Of a stretch of DNA of 64,000 bases, positions 53,558 through 62,997 are shown piece after piece; the first letter of the stretch is position 1; the number at the start of each line of letters is the position of its first letter. Location: positions 867,433 to 931,432 of the forward strand of contig CAWHHI010000004.1 of assembly GCA_963829055.1 (NCBI GenBank), in the 5' to 3' direction. The position numbers and the translations under genes are program-made. The DNA is from an uncultured Gemmatimonadaceae bacterium (GTDB taxonomy: Bacteria > Gemmatimonadota > Gemmatimonadetes > Gemmatimonadales > Gemmatimonadaceae). The notes beneath the pieces were generated by a model that made no database searches, had not been told where the DNA came from, and worked only from the letters and a program-made list of their open reading frames with translations.

Positions 53558-54455
53558 CTGCGTTGACTTGCTCCCACGCGTGATAGCTCGACCGCACGAG
53601 CGGCCCTGATTCGACATGCCGGAAGCCCATCTCTCGACCGATGCGCGCGAGATCGCGGAACTCGTCAGGCGTGTAGTAGCGATCCAGCGGCAGGTGATCG
53701 CCCGACGGGCGCAGGTACTGACCAAGCGTGAGGATGTCCACGTCGACCGACCGGAGGTCTCGCATGACGCCGACGACTTCCTCGACCGTCTCGCCAAGTC
53801 CGAGGATGATGCCGGTCTTGGTCGGAATGTCTGGTGCATACGCCTTGGCATCCCGAAAGATCTTCATCACGCGCTCGTACCGACCCCCGGGGCGCGCGCG
53901 CTTGTACAACCGCGGCACCGTCTCGGTGTTGTGGTTGTAGATCTCCGGTCGGGCGTCGAGCACCGTGCGGATGCTCTGTTCATTGCCCTGAAAGTCTGGC
54001 ACGAGCACCTCGACGGAACAGCCGGGCACCTGCTCGTGGATCTGCCGAATCGTCTCGGCGAAGATGTATGCGCCGAAATCGGGGAGGTCGTCCCGGTCCA
54101 CCGAGGTGATGACGGCGTGCTGCAGCTGCATCTGCGCGATGGCCGCACCGACGCGACTCGGCTCGCTCAGATCGTACTTGGGCGGCCTGCCATGCGTGAC
54201 CGCGCAGTACCCGCAGTTCCTCGTGCAGACGTCGCCGAGGATCATGAACGTCGCGGTGCCGTGTTCCCAACACTCACCGACGTTCGGGCAATGCGCCTCC
54301 TCGCACACCGTGTGGAGGTCGAGCTCGCGCATGAGATGGCGAAGTCGGGCGTAATTCTGACCGCCTGGTGCCTTCACCTTGAGCCACGACGGCTTCCGCT
54401 CGGGCAATGGTTCTGCCCGGTGGCGCCCCATGATCTGATAAAAAGTATCGGCCAT
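53517..54455 (-). CDS. lipA: Lipoyl synthase
   Basis: CEEAHCPNVGECW, CTRNCGYC, GQYLRP, GPLVRSSYHA. Confidence 0.97.
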   Translation of the reverse strand: MADTFYQIMGRHRAEPLPERKPSWLKVKAPGGQNYARLRHLMRELDLHTVCEEAHCPNVGECWEHGTATFMILGDVCTRNCGYCAVTHGRPPKYDLSEPSRVGAAIAQMQLQHAVITSVDRDDLPDFGAYIFAETIRQIHEQVPGCSVEVLVPDFQGNEQSIRTVLDARPEIYNHNTETVPRLYKRARPGGRYERVMKIFRDAKAYAPDIPTKTGIILGLGETVEEVVGVMRDLRSVDVDILTLGQYLRPSGDHLPLDRYYTPDEFRDLARIGREMGFRHVESGPLVRSSYHAWEQVNAAGIGNRESGIGTA

Positions 54456-54626
54456 CTGACTGGCGGATGTTCGCTTCGGGCGACGCAACGGAGCGAGCTT
54501 CGTTGCACGCAGGCGGGGAAGAGCTTGTGGCGGCGAAATGTAGCCGCGGCAAGAAACGCGGAACAGCGTGCGCTAACCGTCTAAATGCCCGTTGCCGGGT
54601 GGTGATTCACCCGATGTCCGATCGCA

Positions 54627-55730
54627 CTACTCGGACGCCGACGAGAACCGCGTCACCGAGAACGGCGCGATATCGACGGGCAGCGGTTCTCCGAGGAGTG
54701 TCGCGGCGATGCAGTCGCCGGTAAGGGGCGTCATCAGCACTCCGTTCCGGGAGTGTCCGGTCGCGTACAGCAAGCGCGGCTCGTCGGGATCAGCGCCGAG
54801 TATGGGCTGAAGGTCAGCGGACATTGGTCTCAACCCTGCCCAGGCTTCCGACGGCGCGACGCCCGCAAGACTCGGAAGAATCTCGGTCGCGGTCTGCTCG
54901 AGCCGAGCCATTCCTTCAGCGGTCGTGGCCGATTCGAAGCCCACGCGCTCCGAGGTCGCGCCCACGAGCGTCCGGCCATTCGTTCTCGGCACCACGTATC
55001 CGGTCGGACCGTAGACGCAGCGACTCACGAGCGACGTGGCGTACGCGATCATCTGCCCGCGCATTGGTTCGACGGGGAGGGGGCGCGGCAGTCCTCTGAT
55101 GGAGTTGCTCCACGCGCCCGCGGCGAGGATCACCCGTTCGGCGGTGTAGGTCGCGCCGCTCCTCCCTGTACCGACGACCGAACGGGACGGCCACGTGATG
55201 CCATCCACCGAGTCCTGAACGACCATCACTCGGGCATGGCGCTCGACGGTGATCCGAAGCGCCTCATACAGGAGCACGTTGTCGATAGCGCCATCGGTCG
55301 AGTGAAAGACGCCGCCAAGCCCGTGGGCGAGCGCCGGCTCGAGGTGGTGAAGCGCTCGCGCATCCAACCATTCCGCACCCAACGGCATTGCTCGGCTCAG
55401 GCCGCGCACGCCGGCTTCGCTCACCGCGAGCTGGATGATTCCCTCGCGATTGAGGGGGACGTCGATACCCGATCGCTCTCGGAGCCAGTCCACGTACGAC
55501 GGGTACCGGTCGCGCGCGGCGATCGCGAAATCGGCCGCGTCGCCTTCTCCGCGTTCGATCGATGGTGCGAGCATGCCAGCCGCTGCCAGCGAGGCGGCAC
55601 CGACACGCGCCTCGCCGACCACGAGCACCGTGAAGCCACGCTCGGCTGCGGCGGCCGCACACGCCAGCCCGATCAGACCGGTGCCGATGACGAGAACGTC
55701 AGGATTCTGGCGGGACGGATGGATAGTCAC
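54627..55730 (-). CDS. thiO: Glycine oxidase / FAD-dependent oxidoreductase
   Basis: IGTGLIG, ASLAAAGML, WAGLRP, TGHSRNGVL. GTG start inferred. Confidence 0.8.
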   Translation of the reverse strand: MTIHPSRQNPDVLVIGTGLIGLACAAAAAERGFTVLVVGEARVGAASLAAAGMLAPSIERGEGDAADFAIAARDRYPSYVDWLRERSGIDVPLNREGIIQLAVSEAGVRGLSRAMPLGAEWLDARALHHLEPALAHGLGGVFHSTDGAIDNVLLYEALRITVERHARVMVVQDSVDGITWPSRSVVGTGRSGATYTAERVILAAGAWSNSIRGLPRPLPVEPMRGQMIAYATSLVSRCVYGPTGYVVPRTNGRTLVGATSERVGFESATTAEGMARLEQTATEILPSLAGVAPSEAWAGLRPMSADLQPILGADPDEPRLLYATGHSRNGVLMTPLTGDCIAATLLGEPLPVDIAPFSVTRFSSASE

Positions 55731-55868
55731 GCGGACAAAGTAGTCGCCTCCGAGCGCTGCACGTATAATTCTCGAATCGCACAGCGCGCGACGGGCGGCA
55801 GTCTGGCCTGAAACCGTGCCGGTGGGCGGTGCGTAGAGTGGACAGACCTCGTTTTGGAGAACACACGA

Positions 55869-56093
55869 ATGCTCCGCACCATTTTCATGATCGGGCTCTT
55901 CGCGATTGCGGGCCTGTTCGTGCTCAAGTTTTTCTTCGGCATCCTCCCCGGTATTCTGGGGCTCATTGCATGGCTCTTCTTCGTTGCGGTCAAGATCGCC
56001 TTGGTCGGCGGCGCGATCTATCTCGCCATCAGAATCTTCAGCCCTGACACCGCGCGTCGTCTGCGCGAGAAGTGGTCGGGCAACGGCGTGTGA
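55869..56093 (+). CDS. Small two-TM membrane protein
   Basis: GGAGA RBS, hydrophobic ORF, followed by a terminator hairpin. Confidence 0.75.
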   Translation: MLRTIFMIGLFAIAGLFVLKFFFGILPGILGLIAWLFFVAVKIALVGGAIYLAIRIFSPDTARRLREKWSGNGV

Positions 56094-56140
56094 TTCGGCC
56101 GGGGTCGTAAGCGACCCTGGCACGGCGAGGTCGAAACAGG

Positions 56141-56178
56141 AAGGCCCGGGCGCGATGTTCGTCGCGCCCGGGCCTTTG
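56141..56178 (+). terminator. Intrinsic terminator-like hairpin
   Basis: AAGGCCCGGGCGCGA-TGT-TCGTCGCGCCCGGGCCTTT. Confidence 0.6.
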
Positions 56179-56531
56179 CGTTCGTCAACTGCTGGCCCGG
56201 CAAACATCCAGAACGAAGGTGTTTCGAGAAGAGGCCGGAAACGACTGAAAGGGCCTGATCCGATCGCGACCGGGACAGACTATCGCGCAAGCGGCCGGAT
56301 TCTTTGGCAACTGCCCCGAGACACCAATTCAATGCATCCCGAGGCCGTGCCTTTTCGAAACTCGTCGCGAGAGCATCCGTCGCTCCCCGGGAGTCAATCC
56401 GTCAGATCCGGCGCATCCGTTCCTCCCTTCGTCTGAGAGGGTTGCCGAAGCCGTTCTCTGCGTCCGTCGCGTCCTCCACGTGACCAGCGGGTGCGGCTTT
56501 CTGCGTGCGGCTTCGCTACGTCGGATCTGCC

Positions 56532-57499
56532 CTACCTAACGACGCTGCGGTCCAGGCGGTCGATGATGCCCCAGACGAGCAACGGGACCATGATCTCGTG
56601 GTGTCCCGTGATCTCGTAGCCGGCACCGCCGTCGAGCGTCGGGCGTTGCACGACGTTCACGCGGGGGCGGTAATGCCGCTGCATGTCGAGATCACACGTG
56701 GTGAAGTGCGTCGGGCGCCCGTTGCCGAGATTGCGCGCGATCGTCAGCGCCTTGAGAAACACCTCGGGCATGATCACTGCGCTGCCGAGATTCAGTACCA
56801 CCCCGCCATCGTGAATCAGGGGAAGCGACCCCGCCAATCGACGAAAATCCCGGTGGCTCGTGTCGCCGATCGCGGCACCGCTCGCCGCCGGGTGCTGGTG
56901 GATGATCTCGGCGCCTAACGCGGCGTGTACCGTCACGGGGATCGACAGCCGGTGCGCGGCGAGTACGACGGAGAGCTCCGGATGCGCGAGATTCGGTGTC
57001 GCTTCCAGCGCCAGCGCGACGGACTCGCCCATCCCGCGACCGTCCCGCATGCCGGCGACGAACGCTTCGTTCAGCCCTTTGCCCGTTTCCTCCGCCATCC
57101 CGAACGTGCCATCGCGCAGGCCGGCAGCAACGTCCTCTGATGTTCCGCCGAACCGCGCGACCTCGTAGTCGTGAATGGCCGCCGATCCGTTCATGGCGAA
57201 ATGCGTGATCACGCCTCGTCGCATGAGGTCGATCAACAGTGGCGCCAACCCCGTTTTGACGATGTGACCGCCGAGCATGACGATCACGCCGCGCTGCTGC
57301 CGCTTCGCTCTGCGACCGCGTCGATCACGCGACGGAAGTCACGCGCGACGAGGACGTCGGGAAGCGACGCGAGAAATGCCGCGAACGACCGATCCCCAGC
57401 AGCCGGAGGCGACGCGAATTCCTCGGCGCGCACCTTGTTGGGCCGTCGCGCAATGGGCACAGTGCGCACGGCGGCGAGGTCGGCTTCGCGGTTCGTCAC
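56532..57499 (-). CDS. Conserved hypothetical protein, possibly with a deoxyhypusine-synthase-like fold, frameshift ~57310
   Basis: GGHIVKTG, IHDYE, FGMAEETG, GSAVIMPEVFLKA, HYRP, GHHEIM. Confidence 0.7.
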
Positions 57500-58264
57500 G
57501 GAGGCGATACGGGAGTCGGGATCGAGAGCGTGGGTGGTCGTGCCGACGTTAGGTACAGATTGAGCGACCCCACCGGAAGGTCGGCCTTGAGCTGCACCAT
57601 GATGCGGTTCGCGTCCTCGGAGAACCAGATCTCGGCTTTGCTATTCTCCGAGAAGATGCCCTTGGACTTGATGATCGGCTGAACGACGATGGTCTGATAC
57701 GTACCGGCCGGCACCTTCACTGTCTCGCGCCGCAGCACCTTGATGCGCACCGGATTCTTGTCGGGCCGGAAGTATCGGTCATACGAGTACGTGCGGCCGA
57801 TCTCGAGCGGCACGGTGCGAATGAAATCAGATGAACGACGCGTCGTCGAGCGGGTCGGGGACGGACGGCTGCTCCGGCTTGTTAGGCTCCTGGTAGACGG
57901 AGCGCTCCGGATAAATGTCGTAGTGCTTCCTGCGGTCGGTTCCCGTCTGCTCGAAGTCCTGCGTGAACCGCAGCGAGAACAGTGAGAGCGTGTCCATCCA
58001 GCTCTCCATCGTGTTGTCTGCCTTGTAGCCGAGGACGCCACCCTTCACCCGGAACACGGCACGCCACACGGCGTGGCCGCGCACCGTGTCGAGCCCGGTG
58101 ACTTCCATGCTTCCGCGCCCTGCCTTGAACGGTCCCAGCTTCACGTCGTACGTGAACCGTTCGCCCACGCCGAAGGGGACAGCTGGCGATGGTTGGTCAC
58201 GTTGTTGAATCAGTGTGGTCAGCGCGGTCGCGAGTGCGAGCACGCTGACCAGGACCGGCATCAT
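57496..58264 (-). CDS. DUF3108-like secreted protein, frameshift ~57830
   Basis: Signal peptide, PFGVGERFTY, ETVKVPAGTY, EIWFSED. Confidence 0.75.
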
Positions 58265-58880
58265 GTCGCTGCCGTTGTCGGCGGGGCAGTGCGGCGACCG
58301 CGGGTCGCCCACGCAAACCGATAAAGGTTCATCGCGTCCGCGAATGGCCGGATGCGGCTCTCGCGCGGCCGAATGTCGAAGCGTTGCTCGAGCGAGACCG
58401 TCTCCACCCGGCGCGCGAAGGGAATGGCGCGGGACAGTAGATCCACGTTCGCGGCCCAGCCCTCACCCGAGACGATTGGTGAGTCACCGTTCTGCTTCAC
58501 GAGGTCGCGAATGACGGAGATGCGAATGAGACGGAACGACCCGAACGGGTCCGCGACGCCGGGAACCGATACGAAGGGCCGGAGCAGCCAGGGTGCGACC
58601 CAGCGCAGGCGGCGAACCGGCACGGGCGCCGATGGTATCGTCGTTCGCTCGCCGACGACAAGATCGGCGCCACCCTCGAAGCGCTTCACGAGCTCGGGGA
58701 TGTGCTCCGGCTGGTCGGTGAAGTCGCCTTGCATGAGCAACATCGCGTCGCGTCGCGGATACCGCGTTTTCGTCACGACGGACCTGCAAAGCGCGTCCAG
58801 CGCGCCCGCGTAGCCGACGTGACGGTCGCCACCCAGGACGCTGAGCGGCAGCACGTCGCCATACGGTTGAAGCGTCTCGG
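58261..58880 (-). CDS. Family 2 glycosyltransferase, 5' end cut off at the junction
   Basis: MQGDFTDQPEHIPEL, GADLVVG, DPFGSFRL. The upstream piece ETLQPYGDV ends abruptly at ~58880. Confidence 0.75.
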
Positions 58881-59975
58881 TTCACCTCGTTCAACCTGAT
58901 GGTCGCCCACATCCTGCTGGTCATCGCCGGCTACAACCTGGCCGACGCCAGCCACGGCTTCGTCGGCACCTTCCTCGACCAGGTCCTGAACGCCCCCGGC
59001 ATGCTGCTGGCCACGGCCGGCACCCTCGCGCTGTGCATGGTCGTGGTGACCTCGGTCCGGGCTGCCCGGCGGCGACTGCGCTACGAGTCCTGGCACCTGC
59101 TGCACCTCTACGCCTACCTCGGCGCCGGCCTGGCGCTCCCCCACCAGCTGTGGACCGGTGCGGACTTCACCCGGAGCACGACCGCGACCGTCTTCTGGTG
59201 GGGCGTGTACGGCGCCACGCTGGCCGCGGTGCTCGTCTTCCGCGTGCTGGTGCCGATGGTCCGGTCCTACCGGCACAGCCTGGTCGTCAGCCACGTCGTC
59301 CAGGAGTCGCCGACGGTGACCAGCGTGCACCTCAAGGGCCGCAACCTGCACCGGCTCACCGCTCGCGGCGGGCAGTTCTTCTCCTGGCGCTTCCTCGACG
59401 GCCGCGGGTGGACCCGGGCCAACCCCTACTCGCTGTCCGCCGCTCCTGACGGCCACTCGCTCCGGCTGACCGCCGCCTCGGTCGGTGACTCCTCGTCCCG
59501 GCTGGCGACGCTGCGGCCCGGGACGCGGGTGCTCGTCGAGGGCCCCTACGGCCGGCTGCACGCCGGCGTGAAGGTCGCCCACCGCAACGTCCTCATCGGC
59601 GCCGGCATCGGCATCACCCCGCTCCGCGCCCTGCTCGAGGAGCTTGCCGCCCGGTCGCGACGAGACCGTGGTCATCCACCGGATCAGCCGCGCCGACGAC
59701 GCCGTCCTCGCCCACGAGCTGGTCGCGCTGGCCCGGGCCCGGGGCGGCCGCGTCCACGGCGTCCTGGGTCACCGGAACCCGCACGGCGGCTGGCAGCCGG
59801 CCGGCGCCCCGCTGCCCGACCACGCGGCACTGCTGCAGCTGGTGCCGGACATCGCCCAGCGGGACGTGTTCGTCTGCGGCCCCCCAGCCTGGATCGACGA
59901 GGTCGTCGAGGCCGCCCTCGACGCCGGCGTCCCTGCCGCCGCCCTCCACACCGAGCGCTTCAGCTACTACCGAGA
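58881..59975 (+). CDS. Ferric reductase-like membrane oxidoreductase (TM heme + FAD/NAD domains), 5'-truncated and frameshifted
   Basis: Starts mid-protein at FTSFNLMVAH. YESWHLLH, GQFF, NPYSLS, EGPYG, GIGITP, VCGP, HTERF. Confidence 0.85.
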
Positions 59976-59987
59976 AGGAAGTCCTCC

Positions 59988-60486
59988 ATGCGCCGCATCG
60001 TCCTCTGGGGCATGAGCACGCTGACCATGCTCGTGCTCCTGTTCAGCTACCACACCTCGACGGGTGCCTCGTCGACCGTCGCGTCCTCGCTCGAGCAGCT
60101 CAACAACTCCACGCCCAGCTCGACCGACAGCGGCTCGTCGGGCACCTCGTCCACGGGCTCGTCGGGCTCGTCCGGCTCGTCGGGATCCTCTGGTTCCTCG
60201 AGCCTCCGCATCGAAGACGTACGCCGGAGACGCGGTGCAGACGCAGTTCGGGCCGGTCCAGGTGCAGATCACCGTCAGCGACAACAAGATCACCAAGTCC
60301 GAGGTGCTGCAGGTGCCGTGGGGCAACGGCCGCGACCAGGAGATCAACTCCCAGGCCGTCCCGATCCTCAACAGCGAGGCCGTGCAGAGCCAGTCGGCCC
60401 AGATCGACATGGTCTCGGGTGCGTCGTACACCTCGAACGGCTACATCACCTCGCTCCAGTCGGCCATCGACCAGGCGAACCTGTGA
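59988..60486 (+). CDS. Secreted FMN-binding domain protein, frameshift ~60205
   Basis: N-terminal TM, Ser/Gly linker, FGPVQVQITV, IDMVSGASYTS flavinylation motif. Confidence 0.88.
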
Positions 60487-61250
60487 GCGCCGCGGTGACG
60501 GCCCTCCCCCGCCGGGCCTGGGTCGAGGAGGTCATGGGAATCCCGATGAGCATCCACCTGCGTGGGGCCCGGGTGGACTCGGAGGAGGCAGCCGATGCGG
60601 TGGCCGCGGCCTTCGCGTCCCTGCGCGAGATGGACCGGATCTTCTCCACCTGGCGCGACGACTCCGACATCATGCGCCTGCGCCGCGGGGAGCTGGCCAT
60701 CGAGGAGTGCCACCCGCTGGTCGCCGAGGCGCTCGACATCGGCAGTGAGGCCTCCCGGATCACCGGCGGCGCCTTCACGACGCTGCTGCCCGGCGACGCC
60801 GGCGACCTGGTCCTCGACCCCACCGGCCTGGTCAAGGGCTGGGCGGTCGAGCGTGCGGCCTCCCTGCTCGCCGACCTGCCCGGCATCTCCGCGTGCGTGA
60901 ACGGCGCCGGCGACCTCGCGGTCGTCGCCCACGAGGACCTTCCCGACGAGGGGCCGGACGCGATCACCTGGCGGATCGGCATCGAGGACCCCAGCGACCT
61001 GACCCGCACCGCCGAGGTCGTCACGCTGACCCGCGGCGCGGTGGCCACCTCCGGCACCGCTGCCCGCGGTGCCCACCTCTACGACCCGGCCGGCCGACGG
61101 ATGGTCGGCCGGCCGGGTTCCACGTCCGTGCACGGTCCGAGCCTGCTCTGGGCCGACATCTGGGCGACCGCGCTGTTCGTCGGCGGCGCGGCCGCACGCG
61201 ACGCGTTCACGTCGCGTGCGCCGGCGTACACCAGCATCGAGCTCGGCTGA
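60483..61250 (+). CDS. apbE: FAD:protein FMN transferase (ApbE family)
   Basis: VMG, FSTWRDDS, LDPTGLVKGWAV, NGAGD, WRIGIEDP, VATSG, ADIWATA. Confidence 0.88.
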   Translation: MSAAVTALPRRAWVEEVMGIPMSIHLRGARVDSEEAADAVAAAFASLREMDRIFSTWRDDSDIMRLRRGELAIEECHPLVAEALDIGSEASRITGGAFTTLLPGDAGDLVLDPTGLVKGWAVERAASLLADLPGISACVNGAGDLAVVAHEDLPDEGPDAITWRIGIEDPSDLTRTAEVVTLTRGAVATSGTAARGAHLYDPAGRRMVGRPGSTSVHGPSLLWADIWATALFVGGAAARDAFTSRAPAYTSIELG

Positions 61251-61277
61251 GCGGCTCGGGACGCGCGAAAGGTTCGC

Positions 61278-62090
61278 TCAGCCGCCGGCCGGCGGACGCA
61301 CCACGTGCAGCTTCGCGCGGTGTTCGAGCCGGAAGCCCGGGCGGTTCGCGAAGTAGTCGTTGGTCGCCTCGCGGCAGCCGGACCAGAAGTAGTAGTCGTC
61401 GAGCACCAACCGCCCGCCGGGCACCAGCAGCGGAGCGATCCGTTCGAGGCAGACCATGGTCAAGTCGTACCAGTCCCCGTCGAGGTGGGCCAGCGCCACC
61501 GGCTGGTCCAGGTCGATGGTGTCCTGGAACAGGCCCTGCACCAGCTCGACGCCATGGCTCGCGGGTTCGACGCCGTGACGGCGGAACGACTCGGTGACCT
61601 CGCCCAACAGGTCCTGGCGATACCCGTAGTAGGTCTCGCCACGGATTCCCCGGGACTCCCCAGCGCTGATCTTCTCGTAACGATCCAGCACGTCCTGACC
61701 GTCACGCTCGGAGGGCTCCGGAATCATCCCGAACACGTCGTAGACCTTCATCCCGCGCTTCGGGTCCTTCGCCGCAGCCATCGCGATCGCAGAACCGCCG
61801 AGCGCCGTACCTGCCTCGATGATCAGGCCCTCCAGACCCAGGCGTTCGGTGCGGACGACCAGTCGCGCAAGGGCGGAGAGATTGTCCGGCGTGAGGTACG
61901 TGAGGTTCTCGGCCAGCACGGCCTCCACCACGTGGGTCACCTCCGGCGGCAGGGGGAGATCCGGATCCACGTCGCGAACCGAGCCGCGTGACAGGGCCAG
62001 CTCGGCCCGCAGGGCCTCGATCCGCTCCTTCTGGTCGGCCACCCTGGCCCGAAGTCTCTTGATCCGTGCGACCCGCTCGCCCTCAGCCAC
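61278..62090 (-). CDS. TylF/MycF family O-methyltransferase
   Basis: IEAGTALGGS, YDVFG, GLFQDT, HLDGDWY, LDDY. Confidence 0.85.
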   Translation of the reverse strand: MAEGERVARIKRLRARVADQKERIEALRAELALSRGSVRDVDPDLPLPPEVTHVVEAVLAENLTYLTPDNLSALARLVVRTERLGLEGLIIEAGTALGGSAIAMAAAKDPKRGMKVYDVFGMIPEPSERDGQDVLDRYEKISAGESRGIRGETYYGYRQDLLGEVTESFRRHGVEPASHGVELVQGLFQDTIDLDQPVALAHLDGDWYDLTMVCLERIAPLLVPGGRLVLDDYYFWSGCREATNDYFANRPGFRLEHRAKLHVVRPPAGG

Positions 62091-62215
62091 GCTTGCTCCT
62101 CACTCGTCCATCCCTGACAACGCACGCCAGCCTAGTGGAGACGAACCTGGGCCCCGGGGTGCGGTGGACCGGTTCGGAACGGGAACCAGCCGGACCGAAA
62201 GACCTGAAATGACCG

Positions 62216-62244
62216 ATGTCCCGCGACTCGTGTCGCGGGACATC
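62216..62244 (-). terminator. Hairpin downstream of tRNA-Ala
   Basis: GATGTCCCGCGAC-TCGT-GTCGCGGGACATC. Confidence 0.55.
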
Positions 62245-62252
62245 ACTGTCAG

Positions 62253-62325
62253 TGGAGCTGAGGGGACTCGAACCCCTGACCCCCTGCATGCCATGCAGGT
62301 GCGCTACCAGCTGCGCCACAGCCCC
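62253..62325 (-). tRNA. tRNA-Ala (GGC)
   Basis: Minus strand GGGGCTGTGGCGCAGCTGGTAGCGCACCTGCATGGCATGCAGGGGGTCAGGGGTTCGAGTCCCCTCAGCTCCA. G3:U70 pair, anticodon GGC, CCA not encoded. Confidence 0.97.
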
Positions 62326-62498
62326 ATCGTCATCAGGCACATCGCTGAGCTCTGGACAACGACGGGAATCTTAGCGGTCGGCTCCGCGGGACGCGAAATC
62401 GGGTCCGCAGCACCCCGGCGATCTCATTATGTGGAGTGTGTTTCTTGACTTACTGTAATTTGGCGAACGTCCCGCATCCGCCTTCCGAGGAGACCCGC

Positions 62499-62987
62499 AT
62501 GTCCGTGACCGACCAGCTGCTGGAGAACAACGAGAAGTACGCCGCCGGGTTCTCCGGTCCGCTCCCCCTGCCGCCGGCCAAGGGTGTCGCCGTCGTCGCG
62601 TGCATGGACGCGCGGCTCGACGTGCACGACCTGCTCGGGCTCGAGGAGGGCGACGCGCACGTGATCCGCAACGCCGGCGGTGTGGTCACCGACGACGAGC
62701 TCCGGTCGCTGGCGATCAGCCAGCGCCTGCTGGGCACCCGCGAGATCATCCTCATCCACCACACCGACTGCGGCATGCTCACGTTCACCGACGAGGAGTT
62801 CACCGCCGCGCTCACCGAGGAGGCCGGCGTCGAGCCGGCCTGGGAGCCGCGCTCGTTCACGGACCTCGACGAGGACGTGCGCGACAACATCGCGCGGATC
62901 ACCTCCGACCCGCACGTCCCGCACACCGACTCGGTGCGCGGGTTCGTGTTCGACGTCGCGACCGGGCGGCTGCGCGAGGTCTCCTGA
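62499..62987 (+). CDS. Beta-class carbonic anhydrase
   Basis: ACMDARL, IRNAGG, HHTDCG. Confidence 0.94.
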   Translation: MSVTDQLLENNEKYAAGFSGPLPLPPAKGVAVVACMDARLDVHDLLGLEEGDAHVIRNAGGVVTDDELRSLAISQRLLGTREIILIHHTDCGMLTFTDEEFTAALTEEAGVEPAWEPRSFTDLDEDVRDNIARITSDPHVPHTDSVRGFVFDVATGRLREVS

Positions 62988-62997
62988 CCCCGACGGG

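Noticed and set aside
299..57886. GTTAGGC/GCCTAAC as integron attC core sites (GTTRRRY/RYYYAAC)
   Set aside because: The sequence matches the consensus, but copies are isolated and mostly inside housekeeping ORFs. They are not paired as inverse-core/core ends of 60-140 bp palindromes between cassettes, and no intI is present.
299..57886. The motif as Chi or KOPS
   Set aside because: The 29:19 strand split mostly follows gene direction, not a strong single-strand polarity. Not fully excluded without whole-genome data.
58899..61250. 783-aa reductase-FMN-ApbE fusion
   Set aside because: Intervening segments are off-frame nonsense. Three separate genes with indels explain it.
62100..62325. Genomic island integrated at tRNA-Ala
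   Set aside because: No integrase or duplicated tRNA 3' end is visible in the window.
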